In this document: positions 50,901 through 64,000 of the stretch, in pieces
How positions within the stretch are numbered: position 1 is the stretch's first letter
Layout: each line of letters starts with the position of its first letter
DNA from: Octopus vulgaris
Taxonomy: Eukaryota
Direction: 5' to 3'
Assembly: GCA_951406725.2 (NCBI GenBank)
Contig: OX597815.1
Location: 132,990,001 to 133,054,000, forward strand
Length of the DNA stretch: 64,000 nt
Notes under the pieces: generated by a model
Database searches by the model: none
Told to the model about the DNA's origin: nothing
The model's input: only the letters and a program-made list of their open reading frames with translations
Program-made: the position numbers and the translations under genes

Positions 50901-52219
50901 CATACATCTCAGTGCCTTCAATTACTGCAACTGTTTACTCCCATACAGCTTCGGTGTGTGAAAGTAAACAGTTAGAGAATTTGTTTGGGGAATAAATTAC
51001 ATTATTTATCAGGACTGAAACCTCATTGATCTTAGATGTGCTTAATTAGAATTGACCTGGAACTAAACAATAACAAAAGCAAAGCCGTGCTTTTGTTGCC
51101 TATTTGTAAAAGCATTAAGCAAATTCGAAGTAAATCTCCTTCTTCAGGGGATGCCAATAATTCGTTGCAAATTTCCAAATATTGCGAGTCAACATATAAC
51201 CTATCAGTTTTACAGAACTGCTAATCACTCCTTGATGTATAATTAAACTTAATTTAACTTTTAACTGCTTTCCCCAACTCTCACATTCTCTATACTGATG
51301 CTACTTGATAATATGCTGAAGATGCTGTGGTTATTGCTCAGCACTAGGCCAGTTCTAATGGAGTACACCTTAAAAAGTTTCTAATGGTGAACATCCCGTC
51401 TTTTTTTTTTTTTAGGCAGTGTACATTCAGAACCACATTGTCCTATGCATTTTTCTCCATTTTAATGTGGTGGCAAATAATATGAGGAAGATTTTACAGC
51501 TATTTCAAGAAGGTCGAGCGTCCACACACATACATCCTCACTTTTAACGAAAGTTATTATTCTTGATGTCATTTATATATTATACATGCTCGAAGTAGTG
51601 TACTAAATGAATAACAAGATGATATTATTATACAACCAAAATTATATATAATCTAGACGAATTTTACAACAGCCATCACTAAAGTAATAACCCAGTTGGC
51701 TTTTGTATATTATCTGCAGTCAAATAATGTCCATAACATTGTTTGATTTCATTCTAGAAGCAGAGGTATTCGGGTCAGGTATCAGAGGGATAGTATTTAC
51801 ATAAGAGTATTCAGATATTTTCTCCAATACTATAATATTTCTAACGGCATGTCTTAAATCTAATAACAAATGGATTTTATTGAATAAGTTGAATGTAATT
51901 TAATATCGCTCACAGAAACACAGTACAAGTAAAATCTGATTTTGTAATGAGTGAAGAGAGACAGTATGACTAATATACTTACTGCATGCTGCAGTGTCAT
52001 ATGTTGAGTGAGCGAATTAGAATATCAAAAGGTAATGGACAATCAGTTGAGAGTTGCAGTCCAAGCACTTCATGCTATCCATGGTCCATATACGTAACAC
52101 GTAAGGGTCTTATAGACTTAGCTACAGTAGCGCATCCGACTGGGAACCGAATCCAGTAAGGATGTTTCTATACGACCTACCCCACTCCTCTCAAAAATAT
52201 ATTATGGGATCTTATGTAG

Positions 52220-52970
52220 GAACAAGGCCAGCATTTTGAGAGAAAGAAGCCAGTGATTTGCATTAACCTTCGGTGCACAACTAGTTTATTTCATTGAATC
52301 CAGAGAGATGAAAGGCAACGTTGACTTCGGCTTCATTTGAAATAAAAATGTGATTCTACCAATCTATCGCCCTTGAAAAACATAAAATCTTTAACATACG
52401 TACAAGATCACAACATTGGGGGGGGGGGGCAGAACCAGGTGTATGAGTGTTACTTAATTGTGCCACTTCGGAGAGGGAGATGGTAACATTTAAAACAATG
52501 GAATTTAATAAAGTTGAACTAAACAAAACAAGTTATTTCGGTTGCCGCTCTGCCGCTTCCACCATCTAAATTTCAAGGAAATAAGAATAGTGGAAGAAAT
52601 AATTGTTTCTTAAAGAAATAAATATTCTGCTAAGAATTTGTAATTCTTACTAAGTTCTTTCTAACCATGAATTTGTGGTCTTGTCCCTAAAATCTATGAC
52701 TGGAGGTTAATCGATTAAATGAACCTCACTACTTGTCTGGTAGTTTATTTTAACGATTTCTGAAGGAGGATAGGCAAAGTTAATTGCGACGGAGATCTGA
52801 ACGCACGAAGAAAATAACTGGAACAAATGTTGCAAGGCACTTCATTCGACGTTCGAATGATACTACCAATACAGTCTATTTCATTGATTACAGTACAAAA
52901 CTGTTACTTTATTTATTGGTCAGGAATTATGACAGGTGAATTGACCACGTCGGATTTGAACATACAGATC
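52220..52970 (-). mobile_element. Cluster of old, diverged SINE relics
   Basis: GATGAAAGGCAACGTTGAC and related partial matches to the Meta-like family. Confidence 0.45.
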
Positions 52971-54084
52971 CGATAAAAGTATTGATTCATAGCGAAATGA
53001 CCAACAAGAAACGCAGCAAAATAGAGAATTAGCTTTCTGGAGATTTGAGTCTGCGACGCCTAACTTCAGCTTGCGATAGATGCTCCATGTTTCTAGAAAG
53101 TGTACTTTAATGAACGTTTATCCGATTGGAAATTCATCTATGGAAATTCATCAATAGAGCAGATCGATCACATATAGATACATATATATTGCTAAATCGG
53201 CTCTATCTTTGAAAAGTGTAGGATAAAATATATCTTTCCTTAAAATATGTTTCCGTATAAAATAAAGAAAAAATTATTTACTGTAACATGATATTACATT
53301 TGGATTTTGATTCTTAGTTGATGCCATTTCATTTTGGTCACAACAATGATTGATATCTATTTATTTATATAAATATAATCGTTTGGACTGCAAAGCAGGC
53401 AATATATTCAGATGAGCCAAATTCATTATAAGGTTAGCATGCATAGCTTAAAGCTTTTTTTTTTCAATTCCTCTAGTCATGAAAATCATGAGAGTTACAA
53501 CATCCCTTTATCTCCCAATCCTTAAATAAAGGGTGTTTGTCAATATAAATATTAATAAACATTTGTCTAGAGATTCCAATATCTATCATAAAACCGAATT
53601 CTTTGAGATTAGCATTCACGGCTTAAGCCTTTTCAATTCCCCTACTCATGAAAATTACGAACGTCATAATACCCGCTTCATAACCAATCCTAAAATAAAG
53701 GATATTTGTCAAAATATAAATTAATATATATTTGCCAAAAGATTCCACTATCTGGCATACGAGAGTATATTGTTTCCTTTCTTGTATTTCTTTTGTGCCA
53801 GTTCTTTTCAATCAAAGCCAAAATGTAATCGAAATCTTATAACATTATCGTGTCAAAGAATAGTTCATGGTAAATCCCAAGATAAGATATTTGGGAAATC
53901 ATTCTTCATATGATGAAACTCACGTAAGAGACACAAAGGAATAAAGAATGAATTGTATCATATCAATAACATATTTTTCAACAAACGAAGCCAACATTCG
54001 AGCTAATATAATAAATAAATTAAATTAATGTCAAATTTGGGCTCGATATCAAAATATCATTGATATACGATATTCGTATATTAA

Positions 54085-54225
54085 TTAACCGCCAGGCGAT
54101 CGCTAGCAGACTCGCTAGGTCGTTGGCTGTACTTCATCCGGTTGCTCGTGTTGCAAGTTCAAATTTCGCCGAAGTTAAATTTTCCCTTCACTATGAAAGC
54201 CAAATTAGACTGGTATCTGTTTTGG
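54085..54225 (+). mobile_element. Diverged SINE head
   Basis: GGCGATCGCTAGCAGA..AGTTCAAATTTCGCCGA. Confidence 0.5.
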
Positions 54226-54493
54226 AGCAACATTTTGGTCATAAGGGACTGCAATGTCTATCAGTAGGTAGATGTTTGTTTGTTTTTTCAATCCTTAATT
54301 ATTATGTCTGGGTGATTAACTTTTATTTATTTCTCTTTTTGAACAGGTATATCCCAGAGGCATGTGAGTTGGTCGTAGTTCTGGTACATGTTTATACTAT
54401 TTCTTGTTAGTTTTTATGTTGTAGTGTTAGCATATTTTCCAGTGGTTATAATTACTTACTCGGTCGTGTCTATATATATATATATATATTTCA

Positions 54494-54912
54494 TTGAAAA
54501 ATACAAAACACGTCTTAATATGCACGCATAACCAACTTTTATCTTTTTACATATTTCAATTCACGATTACATCACTGTGCATAAATCCCCTACTAAACAA
54601 GGTTTTTGAAACTTGTCTCTGTCTATACACATATGTAATCCCCACCCATTACCGAAATCTGAACAGTTATCTCCCTTACCCACAACAATAACAACAATAA
54701 CGACAACCAATTACCTCCCTTTATTTATCTACTTGTGAAGTCATCCACTCGTGAATTTCATCACACACAACATGAACCAAATTTCTTCTTAAGAAAAAAT
54801 ATATATTCAAATAAGTAAAACATAATATCATCAATAGCGATAGCGAAACCGGTCGATATATTAAAAATTATATCAAAACTATGTAAGTGTGCGTATTTTC
54901 CTTTTTTAATTT

Positions 54913-54915
<3 letters not shown>
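54494..54915 (+). mobile_element. Decayed 3' end of an AT-rich PLE
   Basis: HVLICTHNQLLSFYIFQF resembles HIEKCAKQLLPQFLIFPF of the 7444 ORF; hammerhead-like relic at 54825-54859. Confidence 0.5.
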
Positions 54916-54944
<29 letters not shown>

Positions 54945-54947
<3 letters not shown>

Positions 54948-55055
54948 CCTGCTCGCTTAGCCAGCGGGGTGGCGTCATTCAAAGGCTAAAACAATGCGAA
55001 CGCATTGTGACCAGCGATGTGCAACAACATCTGATGGTCTGGACGGTCACGTGAT

Positions 55056-55062
<7 letters not shown>
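54945..55062 (+). mobile_element. Bipartite RTE-derived mini-element in (TA)n
   Basis: First ~55 nt match 5235-5290; the remainder matches the RTE 3' end (TGTGACCAGC..GGTCACGTGATCACGTGA). Confidence 0.75.
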
Positions 55063-55099
<37 letters not shown>

Positions 55100-55104
55100 G
55101 ATAC

Positions 55105-55500
<396 letters not shown>

Positions 55501-55609
55501 TCATTAACTATTCCTTCTATGTTGTCTTCTGACATCATTGTAACAGTATAGTTTGTTTCTGTTTTGTATTTTGTCGCCTCCTCTACATAATATAGTGAAA
55601 AGCGTTTTC

Positions 55610-55676
<67 letters not shown>

Positions 55677-56136
55677 TGTGTCTGTGTCTGTGTGTGTCTG
55701 TGTCTGTGTGTGCCTGTGTGCCTGTGCGTATCTCTGTGCGCTGCGTTATTACACGTAGCAATCTTCTACTTTTCGTTTCAAACTACATAGCGCAGTTCTC
55801 TATCTGTGTCAGGCCGCGACCTCCTTCTACGCGGGGTAATAATATTCTGTCTGTGACAGCTTCGGGGTGGTGACTTCGATATATCATTTCATAATGTTTT
55901 GTTTTTTTGTGTGTGGTTTTTCTATCTCCTTCAATGAATCTTCAATTCACTGATCTTTCAATTTATTGTGTTGAAGTTGTAATTTATGGCTGGAATGGCT
56001 AGCGTGTTTATCCCTATTATCTTATTTCTAATATTAGTCTAAATCATTTGAAATATTCTCTGCTAATTTCATTTCTGTGTGCCATATTTTAGTTGCTTCG
56101 TCTTTCCTAGATAATTGAATGAGTGGTTATTATCTT

Positions 56137-56183
<47 letters not shown>

Positions 56184-56319
56184 GTATTGTTATTGTTATT
56201 TGATGAAAACTTTCAGCTTATTTTATTGAGTATGATAGAAAGTGTCAGCTGTCCACAGCCAACAGATCAAGATGACGCTTATTATTATTATTATCATCAT
56301 CATCATTATTATTATTATT

Positions 56320-56352
<33 letters not shown>

Positions 56353-56384
56353 ATTATTATTATTATAATTTTCTATTAATCACA

Positions 56385-57175
56385 GATTTTGGTGCAGCTC
56401 CTCAAGTCTTGCATGCGTAACGGGCTTACTACCTGCAGCCTACGGTACCATGTTATTCGTTCTTTTCAACTATCTAATACTTACCTGATTATTCTGGCCG
56501 TGCCAAGGAATTAAACCTTTTGTAGCAGTTGTACCTGGTACTCTATTCCAATTTATTTTATAATCCTCTTGATTCCTTCTGATACTGTCCCCAAAGATCC
56601 AAAAATATTTGGCATTATCTTCAGCTTCTTCATTTTCCATAGCCCGGCTATTTCGTACTTAAGAGGGTTGTATCTATCTTTTCGCCTTCCTTTTTGACTA
56701 TTTGTTGTTCAAAGGGGCGCGCAACATCAACTATATAGCATATTTTGTGCACCTTGTCCACCACTAGGTCCGGTCTGTTATGCTCAAGTACCTGATCTGT
56801 TTGGATTGGGAAATCCCAGCCAATTTTGCTAGTCTCCGACTCCGTCACTCTCTGCGATTTGTGCTCATAACACGTCTTGCCTTTCTCCAGCTCCCACTTT
56901 TCGCACAGTTTCCAATGTAGCACTTTCGCTATCTGATCGAGTAACCAAAAATTGTAGTGGTTTGTGGAAAGTCTAAGGCATTCGGTCTTGATATGGACAA
57001 AGGTTACGTCCACTCTATTGCAGATGCGGCACAGCGGAGACACTTGCTCACTCCTCAGATTGACCCTCCAGTTCCTGGCCATAGCTTGGTCCTGCACTAC
57101 CAGTATAGTGCTCTCGGTCTCTTTTGTCTTGGTTTCTTTTATCAGCCAATCCTACCTACTTTTTTCCAGCAACTT
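56385..57175 (-). mobile_element. RLE-type (R4/Dong-like) LINE 3' part abutting a (TAA)-type tract
   Basis: CRIC..H..C zinc knuckle, WDFPIQTDQVLEHNRPD..DVA; same family as 20725-21465. Confidence 0.9.
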
Positions 57176-57208
57176 CTGTTGTGACTGCATGGAATTGATT
57201 GTATAGTC

Positions 57209-59320
57209 CAGTGTTTCCAAAACTTTTCGCGCCAAATTGCAATATCGCCCACCTATCAGCCAAAAAATGCTCCATCCTTCGTAAAAAAAAAACGTGACCC
57301 CCCCCCCCCCAACACAAACTCCCTTAGGAACCCCTGGATCATTTGCCACACACACTATATCGTAGATTCGTTGCCCTGTTTGTGCCGTTAGGACTAAATA
57401 TGTGGTTGTTTACAAATCCTTTATAGGGGTTTATTTTTGCCATTAGTGGAAATAAAATTCTAGCGTTAACTCTATACACTGAGTTTCATTTTCCCCCAAA
57501 TGAACCATTGATCAGAAGTACCGATGCAAAAATAATTAATAATTGTATTATAAAGGAAAAGAATAAAACTTTTTAATGAGAACCATGTGTCTGGTGCGAT
57601 GCAGCTAGTGCAGATACATTCGGTTTCAAACTTGTCAACTTTAGCTGCAAGTCTCTTCGTTGTGCCACATCCAGTCCAATTCTTTTATGGGAAAATAAAG
57701 TTCCAACACAGTTAAAACCAGATTCAACCAGGTATGAGGTAGGAAACGAAAGCAAAAGTAATTTCAGATGTTTCCACTGATTGGGGTAGGAATTCAGTAT
57801 ACTCTGATGCTACCACAAACCTTCTTTGCTATTACGGTGATATCGCATTGTGGCGTCATTGTCATTTTGTAATTCTATCAATTCCTCCTGAACTCCTCGC
57901 AATTGGCTCCAACAAGCTCTATACTAATTTGGAATATTTAGCGCATAACATCTTGAAATCGCACCACCATGTTACCGAGCAATGATTATAAATAGGTGTG
58001 ATAAGTAGTTAAATCCTCATCAATCAATTCATCTTTCAAAGAATCAGGTTGAGGAAATTGATGGAATTGACGTTTTAAAATGTTAGTCAACACCAATTTC
58101 GAAATGAAGGTAGTGATAAATGATTTACAATCGACGAGAGTTTTCTGTTTCCTTACAATAGCTTATTCAAATAATTTAATTTTGTGAATATATCACAAAG
58201 AGAAAAGATATCGCACCTTGCAGCCATCAATGAAGCGGATAGTGGAGTATTTTTAAAGAAAAACATGATATAAACAGTTCAACAAAGCGTAAAACAAAGT
58301 TTCCTTTTGACAGCCACCGCACTTCGGTATGGTATAAGAGTTTAGTATAGTCCTCATCATTTCTCAGACAGAGTTGACGGAAAATTCGATCAAACAAAGG
58401 ACTGGACTTCAATTTGTTCACAGTCTTGATAATTAACTGTAGCGCATCATTCTATCTACTGTTCATATTTTTTGCCTCTAAGTGCTGCCGGTGTACCAAG
58501 CAGTAAACAGTTAGTATCTGGTGGGGAACTTCCCGCTTTAGGAGAGATGAAAAACATCTGTATCTTCCTATCATCGAAGGGGCTCCATCAGACGCACAGG
58601 CAAGAATACTACTGAGTGGGATATTATGTTCAAAAAGCAAAGACTTGAGAATGTGAAAAATAGTTGCACCTCTTGAATCAACCGGCAATTTCACTGTGAA
58701 CAGTATTTCCTCACAAGGTTGAAGGTCTTCGCTGAAATACTGAACATCTTCCATCATCAAACATTGAATGTCGACAACAGATGACTCATCGACTTGTACA
58801 GAAAATTCAAAATGCTAGAGAATATTAGTAAGCTGGTGTTCGACATCGTTGGCCATTTCATCGATGCGTCAAGAAATTGTGTCGTTATTAAGTGGGATTT
58901 TCTTCATAATGTTATCGCGTTTTTCGTGCATAACGGTTGACAAAACCTATTCGAGAACTGGGCGAAGTAGTGTTTCTCCAATTGTGTGAGACTTTCCAGA
59001 TTTAGTAACAAGCAATACAATGCTGTACGATACAATCAACCTGTCATTCTCCTGTTTACTAGTTCCTTGGAGTAGCGTGTTGAATGTTTGCATTTGCTTT
59101 TTGAAAGAGGAGCTCAGTTACAAAATGTATAACGGCTTGTCCTTCTTGTCAGAATGCTTTGCATCAAAGTGATACTTCAAGCGTGAAGGTTTCATTGCTT
59201 CGTTGGTCAATGTTTGGTAACTGACAGTTCTGATGAGAGGGAATAAATCCAAACGATAAATAATCACTACTGTACTGTCGACAAATTTTCTTGACTGGAG
59301 GCATCAATAAAGTGAAAAAG
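57209..59320 (-). mobile_element. hAT (Buster/ZBED5-like) transposon relic
   Basis: Terminus CAGTGTTTCCAAAAC; YSSDYLSFGF, SDGAPSMIG, LLYHTEVRWLSKG, FPTSYLVESGF, HQTHGSH. Confidence 0.9.
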
Positions 59321-59503
59321 TGAAAACGAATTTCTATAGACGGCATCAGAAAGAAAACATTCGAAGATAGCATGGTGGAAATGCTGATCATTATGATAAC
59401 GTTTAGATAGACAATGGCAACGAGGACGATAGCAAGGAGGACGATGGTGGTGGGGGATGATCAAGATGAGGATAAGGAAGCTGATGAAAATGACAACGAC
59501 GGC

Positions 59504-59555
<52 letters not shown>

Positions 59556-59804
59556 TGACGGTAGCAGTGGTGCTGCTGGCACCGGTGCTGGTGCTGGTGG
59601 TAGTGGTGATGGTGGTGGCGATGGCGACGGCGGTGGTGGTGGAATTTCTGTTGTTTAATGATCGGCATTCAATCGTTTGATCGAATTAATTGCTCCTGGA
59701 TTTAAGGTATAATTTCCCTGGCATTCTCAGACGAATGTACTCTGAACGTAATTCACAGACCGAATCAGTGTAACACACACTGTGTACAAGTACAATCCAC
59801 AATC

Positions 59805-59925
59805 TTCCCAATTTCACTTACAAGAATAAATCGACTCGAGGCTATAGAAAATAGCATCCACTTCAAATTCCACGTAGGAGAATCGAACACAGATCTCGTA
59901 GTTGCGAAGTGAACTTGTTAAATAG
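59805..59925 (-). mobile_element. Old CORE-type SINE relic
   Basis: CGAGGCTATAG..CCACGTAGGAGAATCGAAC resembles 1-131. Confidence 0.45.
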
Positions 59926-60840
59926 TCGACTATACTGCGCTTTTATCTGAGTAATACAAGAAAAGGAATCAAACTCACATTTGTCCTATTATATACCTTA
60001 TAGTTATAATGAGTAAATAGTGTCTTCCATTAAATTTATTTCAATACTAATGAGCTGCCTTTTCGTGTAGCTATCAACACTATATGTTGTTACAGGTAAG
60101 ATTATAGTAACCATGGCTCCACCAAGTACACAGTAATATTTTAAATTGTTTAAACCAACTATTAAATTGGACAGAGTCACAGTCAACCGTTCAAAATATT
60201 TCATACTGCACTCAATTTTTTATGGTGTTTTGTCATTTATTATGTAACCCAAGAATATCGCCTTTCATTTCTTAAATGCAAGCAGAAGTAGATACATTTC
60301 TGACTGGAATTTTCTTCTGGTAAAGGAGCAAACAATAAGTTAGCTTTGTATAGGTAACAATATCTTTTGTTATATACCAGGTACCTAATTACCGTTGCTT
60401 TACAATGATTTTATTGAAGCTCTTTGCCAGTATAAGGAACATTCCCACAAAAAAAAAAACTACGCAGTTAGATTCGCAATGTTGTGTTCTTGAAATACAT
60501 TGTAGCCTTGAAATGTAAACCAACATTTACTTAACTTGAAATGCAGGCTAACATCCACTCGTCGAACGAGGATAGCAAAATAACTTCAAGTAGTATTAAT
60601 TACTGCACATTTATATTACAGAATAGTTCTGCACTGTAGCTCATTGAATAGAATCAAAACACGTCAATTATCAAAGGTTTATATTATATATATGTATACA
60701 AAATATGGGGGGTTCAGTCCACAGGTGATCTAAGCGACTACGTACGCTGGGTAAGTGCTGTAACGGATTACCAGGGCCCCAAGCTCATTGCCGAGACGGG
60801 AATTATGGAGCCATTGTAGATTCCCAATATAGCGGATATA

Positions 60841-60983
60841 TATTTGTTAAATAGGACTACAAACGCTAAGGCAAGACAAGCATCTCAAGTCATAAACGTT
60901 ATTATTACGTATATTCTAATAGTATTAATGTATATGACTTGAGATTCTTGTCTTGCCTTAGCGTTTGTTGTCTGGTTTAACAA

Positions 60984-60986
<3 letters not shown>
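60841..60986. repeat. ~146-bp near-perfect palindrome (TGT..ACA inner ends)
   Basis: CAAACGCTAAGGCAAGACAAG.ATCTCAAGTCATA is mirrored by TATGACTTGAGAT.CTTGTCTTGCCTTAGCGTTTG. Confidence 0.9.
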
Positions 60987-61080
<94 letters not shown>

Positions 61081-62022
61081 CATGCGCCATATACTATAGG
61101 TTATCTGTCATATTTACTGCCAACTGCAGTAAATGCAAGAAATATTACAAGACAATTATTAGCTATGTAGTGGAAATCCTACATAGACGACGTTCCTTTT
61201 AATTTTGTTGGGAGGAGTTAAAATAAATCATTCTTCATGTACTAGGGTAGAATTAACCAACTCTTTCCATACACGCTTAAACAAATAAATGGATAGCAAC
61301 CAAAATTTAAAACATTAAGGCCTTGTGCCTGAATTAGAAATTTGTTTTTAATTTCTAAACGTCCTTAACCAACAAAGTGGTAGGTATAAGTTAACACTAG
61401 AATATGATTTCAATTTCCGGTTGAAGACAATTTAAGTTCTTGTACTTTGTCAATACACACATCTTATTCCCTTCTTGTACACTGAAATATATTTGTGCTT
61501 TAGGAAACTCTGCAGCAACAAGAAGTAAACAAGAATAATGCGCTTCTCTAGATAAACAATATTTGGTTTAGATTTATGAAAGTCCAGTTTTAAAACGTAA
61601 TTAATGCCATAAAAACGATTGAAAATCAAATCAAATAAATAATAGGCAATAGAACAAGAAAACAGTTATGAGTTTTAAAAGAATATTTTATTTATAAAAT
61701 TGAAAAAAATGTGAAGAAAAATAATGAAAAAAATTCAAAGAAGCTCAAGATACTCTCGAAAGCTGAAGAGTTAAAATGAATAAAACAAAACAAAATAAAA
61801 TAAGTAGGGAAAAATGAAATTGAATATCGTTAATAGAAAACGTAAAAACAGCATGTAAAAACAGAAGAACGAATATACTTCAATATATTAAAATTGTAAG
61901 AACAAATCTCATAACAATAACAGATTGAATCGCAAAATTTCAAAACGAATGGCTAAACAATACTTTCATTTTTCTGCTATACATCGCTTCCTCACTTGCA
62001 CATATACACACATGCAAATAAT

Positions 62023-62161
<139 letters not shown>

Positions 62162-62762
62162 CACGTGTGTATGTATATATATATATACATGCATATGTGT
62201 GTGTGTGCGTGTGTGTGTACGCAAATTTACATGTATATATGAGTATATATAAATCTATGGTTATGAGAAAAATAATTACGCCACACGTTTTATTGCGTAA
62301 TACTACAATTGCTTCTTCACCATTTTAGCAGCAGATCATTTCCGAAACATTGATATATAAAATATAACAAATATAAAATAAAGCATCGTGCCATTATTAT
62401 TATTCCTGTAATACAGCTAAGTTACGAATCTTCAGATCTAAGCACAAAAAGTGTTCGCTAACTCTAAGATCTATTTCACAGAATATATACCTCAAGAAGG
62501 TGCTGTTCTTTGCGTTTCACTTTCACAACCAAAAACAAAAATATAAATATAATAAAATAAATAAATAAAAATAAGTTGCTAGGTAGAATATAAAAGTTAT
62601 CATTTAACACATGTGCATACATATTTGTGTGTGTGCGTGTGTATGTGTTTGGGTGGGCGTGTATGCGTGTGTCTGTAAGAGATAGAGAGTATATAGAACG
62701 TATGCAAATATATAAATATATACACATATATATGTAGGTTTGTATGTATTATATATATATAT

Positions 62763-63026
62763 TGCTGTATTTCGGGACGGTCATTTTTTTTTTGCCAAAT
62801 AAACACACGCACTATATATTTGTTCTTCACTCGTTTATGGCTGTTCTTATTTAAACTCATGTCCATTGTCCGGAAATCTTTCGTGACACATCTGTTTCCT
62901 CTTAAGCAACACTCTTCGTTTTCGTGTGTGTTCTTGCCCCACTTACTCCGTTCTGCTCTTCAGAATGGATATAAACAAATATATAGTGCGTGTGTTTATT
63001 TTGAAAAAAAATCCCGAAATACAACA
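62763..63026 (-). mobile_element. TG..CA inverted-repeat mini-element, ATAT flanks
   Basis: IR TGCTGTATTTCGGGA..AAATAAACACACGCACTATATATTTGTT; interior homologous to 41575-41700. Confidence 0.8.
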
Positions 63027-63354
63027 ATATCTGTTTCAACACACGAGTTCACGTCAGGAATCTTGCAACGCAAATTGATAAACATATATACATATATATA
63101 GTAGAAATATGTTACGAAAAGAAAATATAAAATACACGTGGAAATGTAAGGGTAAAATATGAAAAATCAACGAAAATGCATATTGCAGTTAGAAAAAGGC
63201 TATTTATGACAGGTAGTTACAAATATATACATTTAGATTGACTGAGGTAGTAATACGAGTCATAAAGGTCATTATTATGAGATGATTATAAGATGATAAT
63301 AATAATAAAGTAAGAGAACAAAATGAACCAATTGGTTTACGCGAAGGTTAATTT

Positions 63355-63385
<31 letters not shown>

Positions 63386-64000
63386 GTTATGGTATATTCT
63401 GTTAAGAACGTAGTAGAGTACAGTATAAAACTCGTCCACCAGATTTCATCCTGTGCTATTTAGTAGTAGTATTATACGTACTTCCGTGTTTGCGTTTGGA
63501 CATCTGTCGTGTGTCAATTATATTTGAAAAAATAGCAACCACTTTAACAGAAGCAGAAACACCATCCCACTATATCTAAGCAAATCAGAATAGCACTTGC
63601 TTCTCAAATATGTCCACAACACTTAACTGGCCATGGCTGGGCATCCAATTAATCATGCGTTAGCTGAAGCAAAGCAATCGCTGAAGTCTTTGTCTTAATT
63701 TTTTCTAAAAATTATTCCAGAACTGTGCTTTGTCATAAATGCAGGAAGAAAAAGATTAAGACTAATGATGCAGAGTAGAGAGATCAACTGCTACTTGTGT
63801 TACTGTGAGGGCATTTAAGGGCTTTCTATTCGGAAGATACAGAAAAACAGACAGTAAGCAACAGATATAGAAATAACAGTAAAAACAAACAAGCCGCAAC
63901 ACTTTTTCTATTTGGGTACAAGCAGTGACGATTCCGAAAAACATATCATCTTAACCAAAAACCAAGAACTGACGAATGAAAAAGAAACCAAAATGCTTTC

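Noticed and set aside
53500-54000. SNIYHKTEFF as a PLE thumb motif
   Set aside because: A single weak motif is insufficient to call a feature.

Overview
AT-rich, microsatellite-dense eukaryotic non-genic DNA. The repeat make-up suggests a coleoid cephalopod such as Octopus (inference from SINE types and simple-repeat density). I found no supportable host gene; most listed ORFs are translations of microsatellites. The window is a mosaic of mobile elements: Penelope-like elements (PLEs; one with an uninterrupted RT + GIY-YIG ORF at 8711-10702), RTE LINEs, restriction-like-endonuclease (R4/Dong-type) LINE fragments next to (TAA)n and (TATG)n, Helitrons, Tc1/mariner, hAT, MITE-like elements and many tRNA-derived SINEs. 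The most notable signal not shown by the ORF track is a set of about nine minimal hammerhead-ribozyme-like motifs with palindromic or near-palindromic stem III. They include compensatory 3-8 core variants (U3-A8, A3-U8), a branched stem II variant, and two copies inside small TGT..ACA inverted-repeat-bounded elements. Also notable are an RTE with its RT deleted in frame, a tRNA-like fold-back, and a possible YqaJ-like exonuclease relic. All structures and homologies were read by eye and not computed; boundaries are approximate unless termini are quoted.
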